Of a stretch of DNA of 56,965 bases, positions 1 through 9,646 are shown one piece after another (the stretch's first letter is position 1; each line of letters opens with the position of its first letter). Source of the stretch: an uncultured Spirochaetales bacterium (GTDB lineage Bacteria; Spirochaetota; Spirochaetia; JABEVK01); the NCBI GenBank assembly GCA_964475005.1, contig CAYYUZ010000006.1:1-56965 (forward strand), read 5' to 3'. The notes below the pieces were generated by a model, which searched no databases, was not told the DNA's origin, and was given only the letters and a program-made list of their open reading frames with translations. The translations under genes and the position numbers were made by a program.

Positions 1-2
1 AG

Positions 3-89
3 ATCGTCGGAATACATGTCTTGGATCACATCATCATCGGGAAGTCCGGTTTCTTTAGCTTCAGGGAATCTGGGGAGGCCCTGACATGA
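3..89 (+). CDS. radC: RadC/JAB-domain protein, 3' end only (runs off the left edge)
   Basis: Frame from base 3 reads IVGIHVLDHIIIGKSGFFSFRESGEALT*, matching the RadC C-terminal LDHIIIG...SF.E.G motif. Confidence 0.8.
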   Translation: MVGIHVLDHIIIGKSGFFSFRESGEALT

Positions 90-90
90 C

Positions 91-490
91 ATGAAGGACA
101 CAGAAATTGGACCCGCCTTCTCTTCCCAAAAGCGATTGAGGATTGCAGTCGTTGGCTCGAGAGGGTTCACCGACTGGGAGCTCTTCTGCACCGAGCTCGA
201 CCGCATCCTAAGCACCAGGAACGTCGAGTGCCTAGTCAGCGGCGGGGCCGTCGGAGCTGATCAGTTTGCGGAGCGGTACGGAGCCCTTAGGGGTATCCCT
301 GTCACCGTGTTTCCCGCGGACTGGAATCGCTTCGGTTCAAAAGCCGGCCCAAAACGCAACAAGCAGATCGTAACCCCACTCGGACCTTGTGGTTGCTTTC
401 TGGGACGGCGTCAGCACCGGCACCACGATGACTGTTGCTTGGGCTCAACAGCAGGGTCTGGAAGTCATCGTAATCCCGGTCCAGGCCTAG
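91..490 (+). pseudogene. SLOG-superfamily DUF2493/YspA-like protein with a 1-base frameshift
   Basis: IAVVGSR..., SGGAVGAD, AGPKRNKQIV motifs; the homologous continuation HSDLVVAFWDGVSTGT...QA* lies in another frame after the CCCC run at 374-377, with TAG at 488-490. Confidence 0.75.
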
Positions 491-904
491 TCTGAGATAA
501 TCCAGCGGAATGTTGGGTCTCAAGATCCGCAGAAAGCTCTTCGCCCTTCCGCCAGAAGGCCTGAAGTGACACCCTCGTCAATTACTGCGTGACGCAGCGA
601 TAGTCGAACCTGGAAATCGGTCAATAGTCTTTGCCGGAGACTCTCCCGAAAGCTAGGACTTTCCGTCAAGATCGAAGTCGTTCGCTACAGATGCCAGCGA
701 GGACTCGATTCGGTGCCAAAGACTCAGAAGGGCAATCTTGTTCTGGTCATTGTCTGCTTTGCCTGCGACAAGCAATCGGTCTGGAGTGGTTCCCAAGGCC
801 TTTGCCAGCGAGGATTCTCTAAGAGGTAAGCGTTTCCGAACCCGCCAGGCGGATTTGCGAAAGCCACCTTTATGAGGAGAAGTGATGGCCGATCTGGGTC
901 TTCA

Positions 905-2362
905 TCATTTCTGGTGGACGACCAGATGACCCTCTTCGTCAATTTCTTCCTGCCGAGGCAAGAGCGCGACCAAGAGACTGGCAGCCGAGAAACCTGCCAA
1001 TACCCAGAAGCTGAACTGGAAGCCGGAGATGAACTGTGCTAGGGCCTTGTCGGGCAGTCCTGTGCTGATACCGGCAAAGATCGAGAAGAGGTCTTTGGAG
1101 TCGATGTGACTGCTGACCAGAGCCAAAACCAGAGCGATGCTGACCACACCACCAGAATTCGCGAGCATGGATCGTGTTCCGGCGGCAATACCCCGTCGAT
1201 GGGGAGGGACGCTGGTCATGATCATCCGCGTGTTGGGCGAATTGAAGAGCCCGCCTCCAAAGCCCATGATGATCATTGCCGTCAAGATGAACGGGAATGT
1301 CGTGTTCACGTCCAAGAGTGCCATCATCACAAGGCCCGCCGTGTTCAGGGCGAGTCCGATGATGCTCAGCAGCCGTGAACCGTAGCGGTCGGCCAGAAGC
1401 CCCGAGAACGGTGAGGCCACCAGCATACTGGCGGCGATGGGCACCAAGAAAAGACCGGCTGTGAGGGCGTCCAGTCCCTTCAGTCCTTGATAGTAGAAAA
1501 CGAAGAGGATGGTGACCCCGCTTCTAGCAATTGAGTTGAGAAAAACGGCAAGGTTGCCTAGTGAAAACGGAGGGCGTTTGAAAAGCGTGACATCGATCAT
1601 CGGGGCGGAACTGCGACTCTCGATCCAGGCGAAGAGAGGAAAGCCAAGGAGGGCCAACAAGATGCCCGGCAGGACGAGTGGAGTTGACCAGCCCTCGATG
1701 CCTCCGGCAGTCAACGCGACCAGCAGTCCCGTCATGGCCAGCATGTAGACGAGAATTCCCGGAACATCGTGTTCCCGGCTGTGGTCAAGCTGGGAGAGTT
1801 CTTTCAGGTTAATGACGGCCCAAAGCGTGCCAAGCAACGCAAAAGGAACATTGAACCAGAAGACCCACTGCCACCCCAGCGTCGTCAGCCAGCCTCCCAG
1901 GATGGTTCCTATGATGCTTCCTACGGAGAAGACGATCATGTTGGTTCCAAGAGCTAAGCCTAGTTGCGTCTTGGGAAAGGCGTCCGTGACGATTGCCGAG
2001 GCATTGGCGATCATGAAGGCACCCGCAGCACCCTGGAAACCCCGGATGACAACCAGTTGCCAAGCCTCCGTACAAAATCCCGCCGCGATACTGGTGATGC
2101 CAAAGAGGGCGAAACCAACAACGTACATAAACTTTCGGCCGAACATGTCGGCAAGTCGTCCAGCGGTGAGGACCAAAATGGTTTGGACCAGCATGTAAAC
2201 GATCAAAATCCACACGGCTGAAAAGAGATCAGCCTTGAGCGACCTCATCAGGTCAGGAAGGGCGATGATGAGGGTCCCACCGTTCATGCTAGCCATCAGG
2301 GTCCCTAGGCTTGTGCAAGAAAGGGCTGTCCACTTGTAAGTGGGTGTTACCCTATTGTTCAT
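905..2362 (-). CDS. MFS drug:H+ antiporter, DHA2 (EmrB/QacA) family
   Basis: Many hydrophobic segments, motif A-like GRLADMFGRK, LGGWLT..GWQWVFWFNVP; ATG start at 2362 chosen over TTG at 2422. Confidence 0.9.
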   Translation of the reverse strand: MNNRVTPTYKWTALSCTSLGTLMASMNGGTLIIALPDLMRSLKADLFSAVWILIVYMLVQTILVLTAGRLADMFGRKFMYVVGFALFGITSIAAGFCTEAWQLVVIRGFQGAAGAFMIANASAIVTDAFPKTQLGLALGTNMIVFSVGSIIGTILGGWLTTLGWQWVFWFNVPFALLGTLWAVINLKELSQLDHSREHDVPGILVYMLAMTGLLVALTAGGIEGWSTPLVLPGILLALLGFPLFAWIESRSSAPMIDVTLFKRPPFSLGNLAVFLNSIARSGVTILFVFYYQGLKGLDALTAGLFLVPIAASMLVASPFSGLLADRYGSRLLSIIGLALNTAGLVMMALLDVNTTFPFILTAMIIMGFGGGLFNSPNTRMIMTSVPPHRRGIAAGTRSMLANSGGVVSIALVLALVSSHIDSKDLFSIFAGISTGLPDKALAQFISGFQFSFWVLAGFSAASLLVALLPRQEEIDEEGHLVVHQK

Positions 2363-2615
2363 GAAGTGACCGGATGGTGGAGGTTTCTCCTCGGATGGAG
2401 GGGGAGGTAGTGACTCGTACAAGAAGACTGGGGTTCATTGCGTCAAAGGTACCAATAATCTGTTGGAGTACCTATTAATATTTACTGACACTCAGCAAAT
2501 TAATTAATGTGTTGCTTTCAAAAAGATGGATGTCTACCTTGTGGGTGAAAGGCTACTCAAGATTTGAGGCAAGGTTTCCTTCTAGGTCGGCCTGGCAATC
2601 GGCCCGATCCATGTT

Positions 2616-3233
2616 TTGACAGTGGGGGTCCACAATATGACGTTCTTCCTGTGCTTCATTCCCATCTTGGTCGCCGTGGACCCCATTGGTAACATCCCCT
2701 ACTTCATGGCTCTCACCGACGGGCTTGACCAAAAACAGATGCGGAAGGTTCTGACCCAGGGTCTGATCACCGCTTTTGTCGTATCGATGGCTTTCATGCT
2801 GCTGGGTCATTCGATTCTGCGATACCTCGGAATCACCTTGGCCGATTTCATGATCGCCGGAGGGGCTCTTCTGTTTGTTTTCTCTCTCAAGGATCTGACA
2901 GGCTCCGAGAGCGAGGCCCATGCACCTATCGACGACGGCGTCGGGGCCGTTCCTATCGGGGTGCCGTTGATCGCAGGCCCAGGTCTGCTCACCACTCTTT
3001 TGGTTCTGATCGGCGAGCACGGCTGGCCGATGGTCAGCGAGGCCCTGACTGTCAATCTCGTCCTGGCAGGACTATGCTTGGCCTTCAGCCAGGACTTGAG
3101 CCGCATCTTGGGTAAGACGGGTTGCAAGACCGTGGGGAAAATTGCCAACCTGCTACTGGCCGCGATTGCCGTTATGTTCATGCGCAAGGGGTTGGTGGAG
3201 ATTCTGTCGCTTGTGAAGGCCACCAAAAGCTGA
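2616..3233 (+). CDS. MarC family integral membrane protein
   Basis: VAVDPIGNIPYF, FMIAGGALLF, VPIGVPLIAGPG motifs. Confidence 0.9.
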   Translation: MTVGVHNMTFFLCFIPILVAVDPIGNIPYFMALTDGLDQKQMRKVLTQGLITAFVVSMAFMLLGHSILRYLGITLADFMIAGGALLFVFSLKDLTGSESEAHAPIDDGVGAVPIGVPLIAGPGLLTTLLVLIGEHGWPMVSEALTVNLVLAGLCLAFSQDLSRILGKTGCKTVGKIANLLLAAIAVMFMRKGLVEILSLVKATKS

Positions 3234-3383
3234 GCGCACAGGTCAAGAGAACTCTTGCGACCCGAACCGACTTGTTGCCCATTCTCCTTTGATTAAATTA
3301 ATACATTCAATAATAGTTAATGAATGTTATTGCCTTTGTTAAAGTATGATTCTATATTTGTTTCAAACCCAAAGGGGGGAACA

Positions 3384-3620
3384 ATGTCGATACACACTCA
3401 CCATCAAGATGCCGCCAAGCACCACGAAGCTGCGGCGCATCATTTCCAAAAGGCCCATCTGGCTCACCTGGCCGGTAACCACCAGGAGTCAGCGCACCAG
3501 GCTCAGATGGGACAAGGTCACGCCGTCCTCGCGCAGCTCCACCAAGAGAATGCCGCGATGGAGTATGCAAAAGTTCATTCGGACCAGCACCCTGTGAAGT
3601 TAGTTCGCGATTTGAAGTAG
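3384..3620 (+). CDS. Small histidine/alanine-rich helical protein (78 aa, 15 His)
   Basis: GGGGGA RBS before ATG 3384; HH..AA.HHE.AA.H pattern; AT-rich promoter-like region upstream. Confidence 0.75.
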   Translation: MSIHTHHQDAAKHHEAAAHHFQKAHLAHLAGNHQESAHQAQMGQGHAVLAQLHQENAAMEYAKVHSDQHPVKLVRDLK

Positions 3621-3995
3621 ATGGTCCGGGATCTCCAGAGTCGTATCTCTGGAGGTCTGCCGTCACGTTCGATTCTGTAATTCGGTGATCCATCCCGCAA
3701 GGTCTTCACCCATATCTACCAGATGCTGAAAAACAATGACAGGCACCGCTACGTTGCTGCAGAAACCGTAACCGTCAGTTCTTGGCACCGGGCGCGATGT
3801 TCCAGGTGGCGTCCCGTCAAGTGGTGTAAGAGCGGTGGTCAGCGTAAACCTGCAATAGGTGCCCCTCTCAGGGTCCACATCCATACCGAAGTACAGTTGG
3901 TAGGCAGGCGCAGGCTCCTCGGTAGCCTTCAAATTGCTCAAGAAAGACCAAGCGAAGGCACTCAGGAAGCCTATACGACACTCAGGAATTCGATA

Positions 3996-5144
3996 TCACG
4001 GAAGGTTGGCGTTGGGCCCATTGAATGATGAGGACCTGCCGGAATCGGCTTTGAGTGTTTCGAAAACGTCGTCGAAATCGGTAGCGAGTTCACGGAAGGC
4101 ATTCAGAATTCGCGGGTCGAAGTGCGCGGGCTGGCTCCGGCCGTCCCCCTTGGTTAGGATGTCGTAGGTAGTCGTCGCGTCGAAGGGCTCCTTGTATGGC
4201 CTTCGGTTACGTAGAGCGTCATACTGGTCAGCCAGAAATAGAATCCGTGCCGACAAGGGAATGACTTCCCCGACCAGGCCTTCAGGGTATCCGCTTCCGT
4301 CCCAGCGTTCATGGTGAGATCGGGCTAGTTCCGTTCCCATCCGAATGAATCGATTTTGGGGATATGTATCCAAGATGGACTCCAGGGTTTGGGCACCCAA
4401 CCTAGCGTGAGTCTTCATGATGTCGAACTCTGAATTAGTCAGGGGGCCTGCCTTGAGGAGTATCTTGTCTGGAATAGCCACCTTGCCTATGTCGTGAAGA
4501 GCACTGGCCTGATAGAGAGTCGCGATGAAGTCTTCGTCGATCAGGTTGCCGAAGGTCCCTTTATTGGCAAAGTATTGGGCCAATGCACGGCAGTATTGTT
4601 GAACCCGGAGGATGTGGTTCCCTGTGTCCTCGTCACGAGATTCTGAGAGTTTTGCTAAAGCCAAAATTGTCGCAATCTGAGACTCAGAGATTTCCTTAAT
4701 CTTCTCCTGAACCATTTGCTCAAGACTATGGCTGTAGCGGTCCACTTCAACCTGTAGTCGCCTGTTCCTGAGGTGGGTTTCCACCCTCGCAATCACCTCC
4801 CCCGGATGAAAGGGCTTGGTAATGTAGTCGAGGCCCCCCGCGGCAAAACCACGAAGCTTATCTTCGGAATCACTATTGGCGCTCAGGAAAAGAATTGGAA
4901 TCTTGGCAAGCTTTGGGTCCCGCTTGAAAGCCGCGCAAACCTCGTACCCGTCCATCTCGGGCATGTTGACGTCGAGCAGCACAAGGCCAGGGGGCTCCCG
5001 TCGCGCCACCTCGAGGGCCAGTCGGCCGTCTCTGACCGGCCGAGTCCTGTGTCCATGAAGTGCCAAGGTTTCGACAAGCACGTCTAGATTTTCGGGGATG
5101 TCATCGACCACGAGTATGTAGTCCGAACCAACAGCTTCGGTCAT
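3996..5144 (-). CDS. Response regulator with HD-GYP c-di-GMP phosphodiesterase domain (RpfG-like)
   Basis: REC domain (LVVDD, LLDVNMP, ITKPF) followed by LHDIGK and HHERWDGSGYP. Confidence 0.92.
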   Translation of the reverse strand: MTEAVGSDYILVVDDIPENLDVLVETLALHGHRTRPVRDGRLALEVARREPPGLVLLDVNMPEMDGYEVCAAFKRDPKLAKIPILFLSANSDSEDKLRGFAAGGLDYITKPFHPGEVIARVETHLRNRRLQVEVDRYSHSLEQMVQEKIKEISESQIATILALAKLSESRDEDTGNHILRVQQYCRALAQYFANKGTFGNLIDEDFIATLYQASALHDIGKVAIPDKILLKAGPLTNSEFDIMKTHARLGAQTLESILDTYPQNRFIRMGTELARSHHERWDGSGYPEGLVGEVIPLSARILFLADQYDALRNRRPYKEPFDATTTYDILTKGDGRSQPAHFDPRILNAFRELATDFDDVFETLKADSGRSSSFNGPNANLP

Positions 5145-8100
5145 GGTGTCTTCTCCGTTTGACTTTCGAGTAGAGCGATTATCCTCGGGTAGTCGTATTG
5201 AGCGGCCAACGTGCGGATTTGCTGGGCCCGACGGCTGTCAAGGGACTCCACTTCGTCCGTTAGTTGTAGAATCAGGTCGCGATCAGCACCCCGCGCAGCT
5301 TGGATGAGCCGAACAGCCAGCTCGGAACCGAGGTTCTGAGAAGCGCCGGCTATTTGCGCGTGGTGGCCGACAGCCGCCTCGGCCCTCACGTACTCGACGC
5401 CCAACAGTGCGGCAATCATCACAAACAATACCTCGGGCCGAAAGGGTTTTGCCAAGTAGTCATCTGCCCCGACCTCCAAGGCTACAATCCTATCATTTTC
5501 GAAGGCGTTGGAGGTCACCGCGATAATCTTGACCACCGCACCACCGACAGAGGCCCGGACTGCCTGAATGACCTCGGGGCCGGAACCCACCACAGGCATG
5601 TGAAGCTCGCAAAGCACCAGACTAGGTCTCCAGTCCTTGAAGATTTCCAGGGCCCGAGGGCCGTCCGCAGCCAGCTTCACCTCAAAGCCAACCCCGACAA
5701 GCAGATCGCGTAAGAAATATCGGCTATCTTTGTCATCGTCAGCGATCAAGAGGCGGTAGCTAGGATGCCCGAGAACAAGGGCGGTGACGGTACCCACGCA
5801 CGGTACGCTCATTTTCCCTTGACCGGGATCTTGGGGCAAAGGAAGCTCCAATCGGAAAACGCTTCCCATGTGCTCGGTGCTAGTCGCCGTCAAGTTTCCC
5901 CCCAGGAGTTCGGCGTAGCTCCGGCTAATGGACAGGCCTAGGCCAGTGCCCGACATCTTCTTTCTTCCACTTTCGGTCTGCTCGAAGGGCAGAAAAAGCT
6001 GACCCATTTCCTCTGGGGCGACCCCGACCCCGGTGTCCTCGACCTCCAGCAACAGCCGCGCGGAGTCCACCTTGGCCCTTAGCGCGACCTGGCCCACCTG
6101 AGTAAACTTGAGTGCGTTCGACAGCAGATTCAAAAGTATTTGCCGAATCTTGATTTCATCACTGACGATGAAACAAGGCCCAGACGGCCACAACTCGGTC
6201 AGGAGTCGAAGTCCCTTTTCGTGGGACTGCAATTGAAACATCGAATGGAGGTCCTCGATCACTTCCCGGAGGTCGAATACAGCTTCTTCCTTCACGACCC
6301 GTCCCGCCTCGATTTTCGAGATGGCGAGGATATCGGAAATTAAGTTCAGCAGGTGTTCGCCGCTGCGGACAATGGTCGAAACATATCGGTTCTGTTTCTC
6401 GGTTAGGCTCAAGTCGCGGTGGAGGAGCTGGGCAAAGCCCATAATGGCATTCAACGGAGTTCGGATCTCGTGTGACATACTTGAAAGGAACGTACTCTTT
6501 GCCTTGTTGGCCACCCTGGCGGCCAATTCGGCCTGCTCGAGTTGCTTCAGCACCATCTTCTCTGAAGTGATATCCCAATTGGTTCCAAACATGCTTGTCG
6601 GTTGTCCCCTGGAATCTCTGTTGACCTTGGCGAGGGCGTGAAGATAGCGAATGACTCCATTGGGCCAAACCACTCGGAACACTGAGTCAAATTCCTTCTC
6701 ACCGCTCAACGCTGCCTGAAAATCACTATTGCTGCGTTCCCTGTCCTCCGGATGCACGGACTGTTGCCAGGCATCGTAAGCGTTATCAAATTTACTTGCC
6801 GTAATTCCATAGAGGCTATACATCTGTTGATCCCAGAAAAGCTGTTTTTCGACGACTTCGTAGTCCCAGAGTCCCACACCTCCTGCAAGTACGGCCAAGG
6901 ATAGGCGTTCCTTGAGTCCCGTCAGGGCTTCGGTGGCGAGTTTCAATTTCGCTGTACGGTCAAGAACCCTCTGCTCAAGGGATTCGTTGAGGTCTCGAAG
7001 GTTCTTTTCTGCCAACCGGCGAGCCGAAACGTCGATAATGATTCCGTCGTAGCCTTGGACCTTGCCCTGGTCGTCAAACCGGACAAAGGCTGTGTCGCTT
7101 ACCCAACGGGTCACCCCATCCTTTCGCACGATTTGATGCTCTATCGGTTGCGCCAGTTGCCCTGAAAGCACTTCCAAACCATGGCTAATCACTGCCTGCC
7201 GGTCTTCGGGTGGCACCATGTTGATCCAAAGCGAGGTGTCGTTCTCAAGTTCAGCGGGACTATAACCAGTTATTTTCTCACTGCCGGGGTGATGGACCGT
7301 CCCAACCACCGATCCATCGTGCACCGACACGCTGTAGACGTAGTCACTTATGCCTTCTACGATCTGCTTGTAGCGGTTCTCGCTTCTTGTTAAAGCCCGC
7401 AACAGTCTAGCGTGCTCGCTGAAGTCTGCGAAAATGGAGACTATGGTGGGTCGGCCGTTGTCGTCGCTTAGCTGGGCAGTGTCGATTTTGCACAGCACGG
7501 TGGTCCCCTTTTTGGTTAGGGCGTCAACTTCAATCGTCTTAAGCACCATACCTGAGGCGATCTCAGCGATGCGTTTTTGGAACCGAACCCGATCCTGTAA
7601 CTGGACAGTAGGCAGAAACTGACCAACGGCCTCCGTATCCGACCAGCCGAAGAGCTTCTGGGCAGTCTGAGACCAGAAGGAGACCGTCCCTAACGCGTCG
7701 TAGACAACGACCGCGAGCGGGCAAGCATCAAGTATCAATTGAAGAAACATCCTTGTGCGTTTCAGTTCGCTGGTTCGCCCAAGAACATCCTTGTGGGCCT
7801 CGTTCAGTTCGCTTGTTCGACGGTCGACATCAGTCTCGAGCTGCAAGTGGGACTCCCTCAGGAGGTCGTTGTATTTTTTTACGTCGATCAATGACCTCAC
7901 TCGCGCCAATAGCTCTGGTTTGTGGTAGGGCTTGGAAATGAAGTCATCACAACCAGCTTCAATCCCAAGGACCCGGTCCTGATTGCTCTTGAGTGAGGTG
8001 ACAAGCACTATAGGCAACAGACGAAATTTCGGGTTCGCGCGGATCTCCTTGGTGACCTCGAACCCGTTCATCCCGGGCATCATCACATCGAGGAGGATGA

Positions 8101-8251
8101 GGTCGACGTTGTTTGAGGCCAAGAGGGTCAAAGCCTCCTCTCCGGTGGAAGCCGTCAAGATAAGGTAGCCTTGGGCGGCCAATTGGGCTTCAAGCAGTTC
8201 ACAGTTCAGGGGATTGTCGTCGGCGACCATGATGACGGGGACTTTATTCAT
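5141..8251 (-). CDS. Hybrid sensor histidine kinase (REC-PAS x3-HisKA-HATPase-REC)
   Basis: N-terminal REC, PAS/PAC segments, SHEIRTPLNAI H-box, NLLSNALKFT, DTGVG, GTGLGL, C-terminal REC; 4-bp overlap with the HD-GYP gene. Confidence 0.92.
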   Translation of the reverse strand: MNKVPVIMVADDNPLNCELLEAQLAAQGYLILTASTGEEALTLLASNNVDLILLDVMMPGMNGFEVTKEIRANPKFRLLPIVLVTSLKSNQDRVLGIEAGCDDFISKPYHKPELLARVRSLIDVKKYNDLLRESHLQLETDVDRRTSELNEAHKDVLGRTSELKRTRMFLQLILDACPLAVVVYDALGTVSFWSQTAQKLFGWSDTEAVGQFLPTVQLQDRVRFQKRIAEIASGMVLKTIEVDALTKKGTTVLCKIDTAQLSDDNGRPTIVSIFADFSEHARLLRALTRSENRYKQIVEGISDYVYSVSVHDGSVVGTVHHPGSEKITGYSPAELENDTSLWINMVPPEDRQAVISHGLEVLSGQLAQPIEHQIVRKDGVTRWVSDTAFVRFDDQGKVQGYDGIIIDVSARRLAEKNLRDLNESLEQRVLDRTAKLKLATEALTGLKERLSLAVLAGGVGLWDYEVVEKQLFWDQQMYSLYGITASKFDNAYDAWQQSVHPEDRERSNSDFQAALSGEKEFDSVFRVVWPNGVIRYLHALAKVNRDSRGQPTSMFGTNWDITSEKMVLKQLEQAELAARVANKAKSTFLSSMSHEIRTPLNAIMGFAQLLHRDLSLTEKQNRYVSTIVRSGEHLLNLISDILAISKIEAGRVVKEEAVFDLREVIEDLHSMFQLQSHEKGLRLLTELWPSGPCFIVSDEIKIRQILLNLLSNALKFTQVGQVALRAKVDSARLLLEVEDTGVGVAPEEMGQLFLPFEQTESGRKKMSGTGLGLSISRSYAELLGGNLTATSTEHMGSVFRLELPLPQDPGQGKMSVPCVGTVTALVLGHPSYRLLIADDDKDSRYFLRDLLVGVGFEVKLAADGPRALEIFKDWRPSLVLCELHMPVVGSGPEVIQAVRASVGGAVVKIIAVTSNAFENDRIVALEVGADDYLAKPFRPEVLFVMIAALLGVEYVRAEAAVGHHAQIAGASQNLGSELAVRLIQAARGADRDLILQLTDEVESLDSRRAQQIRTLAAQYDYPRIIALLESQTEKTP

Positions 8252-8481
8252 ACAAAGTCAATCTACGAATTAAAATATCAATAGTATATTAATATTATGA
8301 CCTCATCGGAAATGAATGCTAAATTCTTGCAAGACGACCGACTCGACCAAAGGACCCTTCTACGAACCTGTAGAGGACACGAGGGAAGCTTGATCCGGCA
8401 GGGCAGTCCTCGGCCTCAATGGCCAACGACCGCTATCCGCAGCCAATCAAAAGTCCTTGCCGGTTGTCCCTAAAAGGCGAA

Positions 8482-9042
8482 CTACCGATTGAGTTCCAGC
8501 TGAAGGAGTTTGAAGTAGGAAGTCTTCTTTAGCCCAAGAAGTCTCATTGCTTCAACATGCTTCACCTTGCCGGCTGAGACCTCTGCATAGACTTGAGGCC
8601 ATTTGGGCGGTACAACAAGCTTGGGTCGTCCAAGGTGTTTCCCCCGAGACTTCGCGGAAACAATGCCTTCCCGCTGTCTTTCGAGGATGGTCTCCCGTTC
8701 AAGGGTCGCCAGAGCACCGAAAATGGTTAGGACGAACCGACCCTGGGGGCTCCGGGTATCGAGAGCCTCTTTCTTTGAAACGAAGACGACGCCCTTTTTA
8801 TCAAGTTGATCCACGATGTCCAGAAGATCTCTTGTGGATCTGGCCAGGCGTGAGATTGACTCAACATGGACCTCGTCGTCTTTACGGACAAAGGCTAGGA
8901 GTTCCTTCAGGCCAGGGCGAGAAGTGTCCTTTCCTGAGGCCCTGTCCTGGTAGACCTTTTCGACTCCTAGCTCCGTCATCAGGTCAGTTTGGCGGTCAAG
9001 GTTCTGTTCTTCAGTCGAGACGCGAACATAGCCGACTTTCAT
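8482..9042 (-). CDS. Serine recombinase, resolvase/invertase family
   Basis: GYVRVSTEEQ with catalytic Ser, SRLARS, ERQREGI..AK.RG..LGRP, C-terminal HTH. Confidence 0.95.
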   Translation of the reverse strand: MKVGYVRVSTEEQNLDRQTDLMTELGVEKVYQDRASGKDTSRPGLKELLAFVRKDDEVHVESISRLARSTRDLLDIVDQLDKKGVVFVSKKEALDTRSPQGRFVLTIFGALATLERETILERQREGIVSAKSRGKHLGRPKLVVPPKWPQVYAEVSAGKVKHVEAMRLLGLKKTSYFKLLQLELNR

Positions 9043-9048
9043 ATCGTT

Positions 9049-9149
9049 CTCCGTAAAGGTGTCAGTTTATTTCCGAACGTTCATAAAGTGAAAATATGAC
9101 CTTTACGGAGTCTTGTCAAGATGGTTCATAAAGGTAGGCCTTTATGAAC
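9049..9149. promoter_or_regulatory. Probable res site / resolvase binding subsites
   Basis: Perfect 11-bp inverted repeat GTTCATAAAGG-tagg-CCTTTATGAAC at 9124-9149; related half-sites CTCCGTAAAGG 9049-9059, GTTCATAAAG 9079-9088, CCTTTACGGAG 9100-9110, directly upstream of the resolvase. Confidence 0.65.
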
Positions 9150-9301
9150 ATGACGTAGTTGGGAATCGAACCAGCATCTAGTCCTGACAAAGGAGCAGGT
9201 TTCCAGCTCCCCAGACCCGCGACGATCCTCCTCGAGAACGTTGTTGTATAATCACCTTGAGAAAACATCGGCTGAAGAAAGCCAACAAAAGGAGAATGTA
9301 T

Positions 9302-9646
9302 ATGAACAACCAACGGAGACGGGAAATTGAGAAGATCGTGGTCGGGGTCGAATTGACCGGCGAAGACCTTCGCCGCCATCAGTCAGACTACCCCTCGTTG
9401 GAGCGTTTGTTTGCGCCTCTGACGGAGCAGTTGGCGACCGTCCGCAACGAAGAAGCGGAGAGCCTCCAGTCGATGCCGATCGGGTTGCGCAACGGTTTTC
9501 GTGGCCAGGTTGCCAAAGAGCGGCTTGGGTATCTCAATGAAGCCGTGAGTATCGCCGAGGCACTCGAGGAACAGACGATCGACGACTTGGAGATTCCCTA
9601 CCACCTGGGCAACATCTCGAAGGCACTTGAGAACGCGATGGCGTAG
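9302..9646 (+). CDS. Hypothetical helical protein of a type seen in mobile elements
   Basis: AGGAG RBS; MNNQRRREI...EEAESLQSMP pattern resembles the MNxxRRxxI..EEE..DNMP phage/ICE proteins (recollection, unsearched). Confidence 0.6.
   Translation: MNNQRRREIEKIVVGVELTGEDLRRHQSDYPSLERLFAPLTEQLATVRNEEAESLQSMPIGLRNGFRGQVAKERLGYLNEAVSIAEALEEQTIDDLEIPYHLGNISKALENAMA

Noticed and set aside
692-814. 12-bp direct repeat TGCCAGCGAGGA at 692 and 803, and short matches to the tRNA T-arm at 604-660
   Set aside because: Matches are only 8-12 bp and not contiguous; not enough to call an att site or array
2352-2438. 28-codon uORF overlapping the MFS start, with a GAGGAG/CCTCC anti-SD-like pairing
   Set aside because: No RBS for the uORF and no diagnostic residue pattern; the attenuator idea is unsupported
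3663-3941. 92-aa minus-strand ORF downstream of HD-GYP
   Set aside because: TTG start without an RBS and no recognisable motif; may be real but cannot be supported
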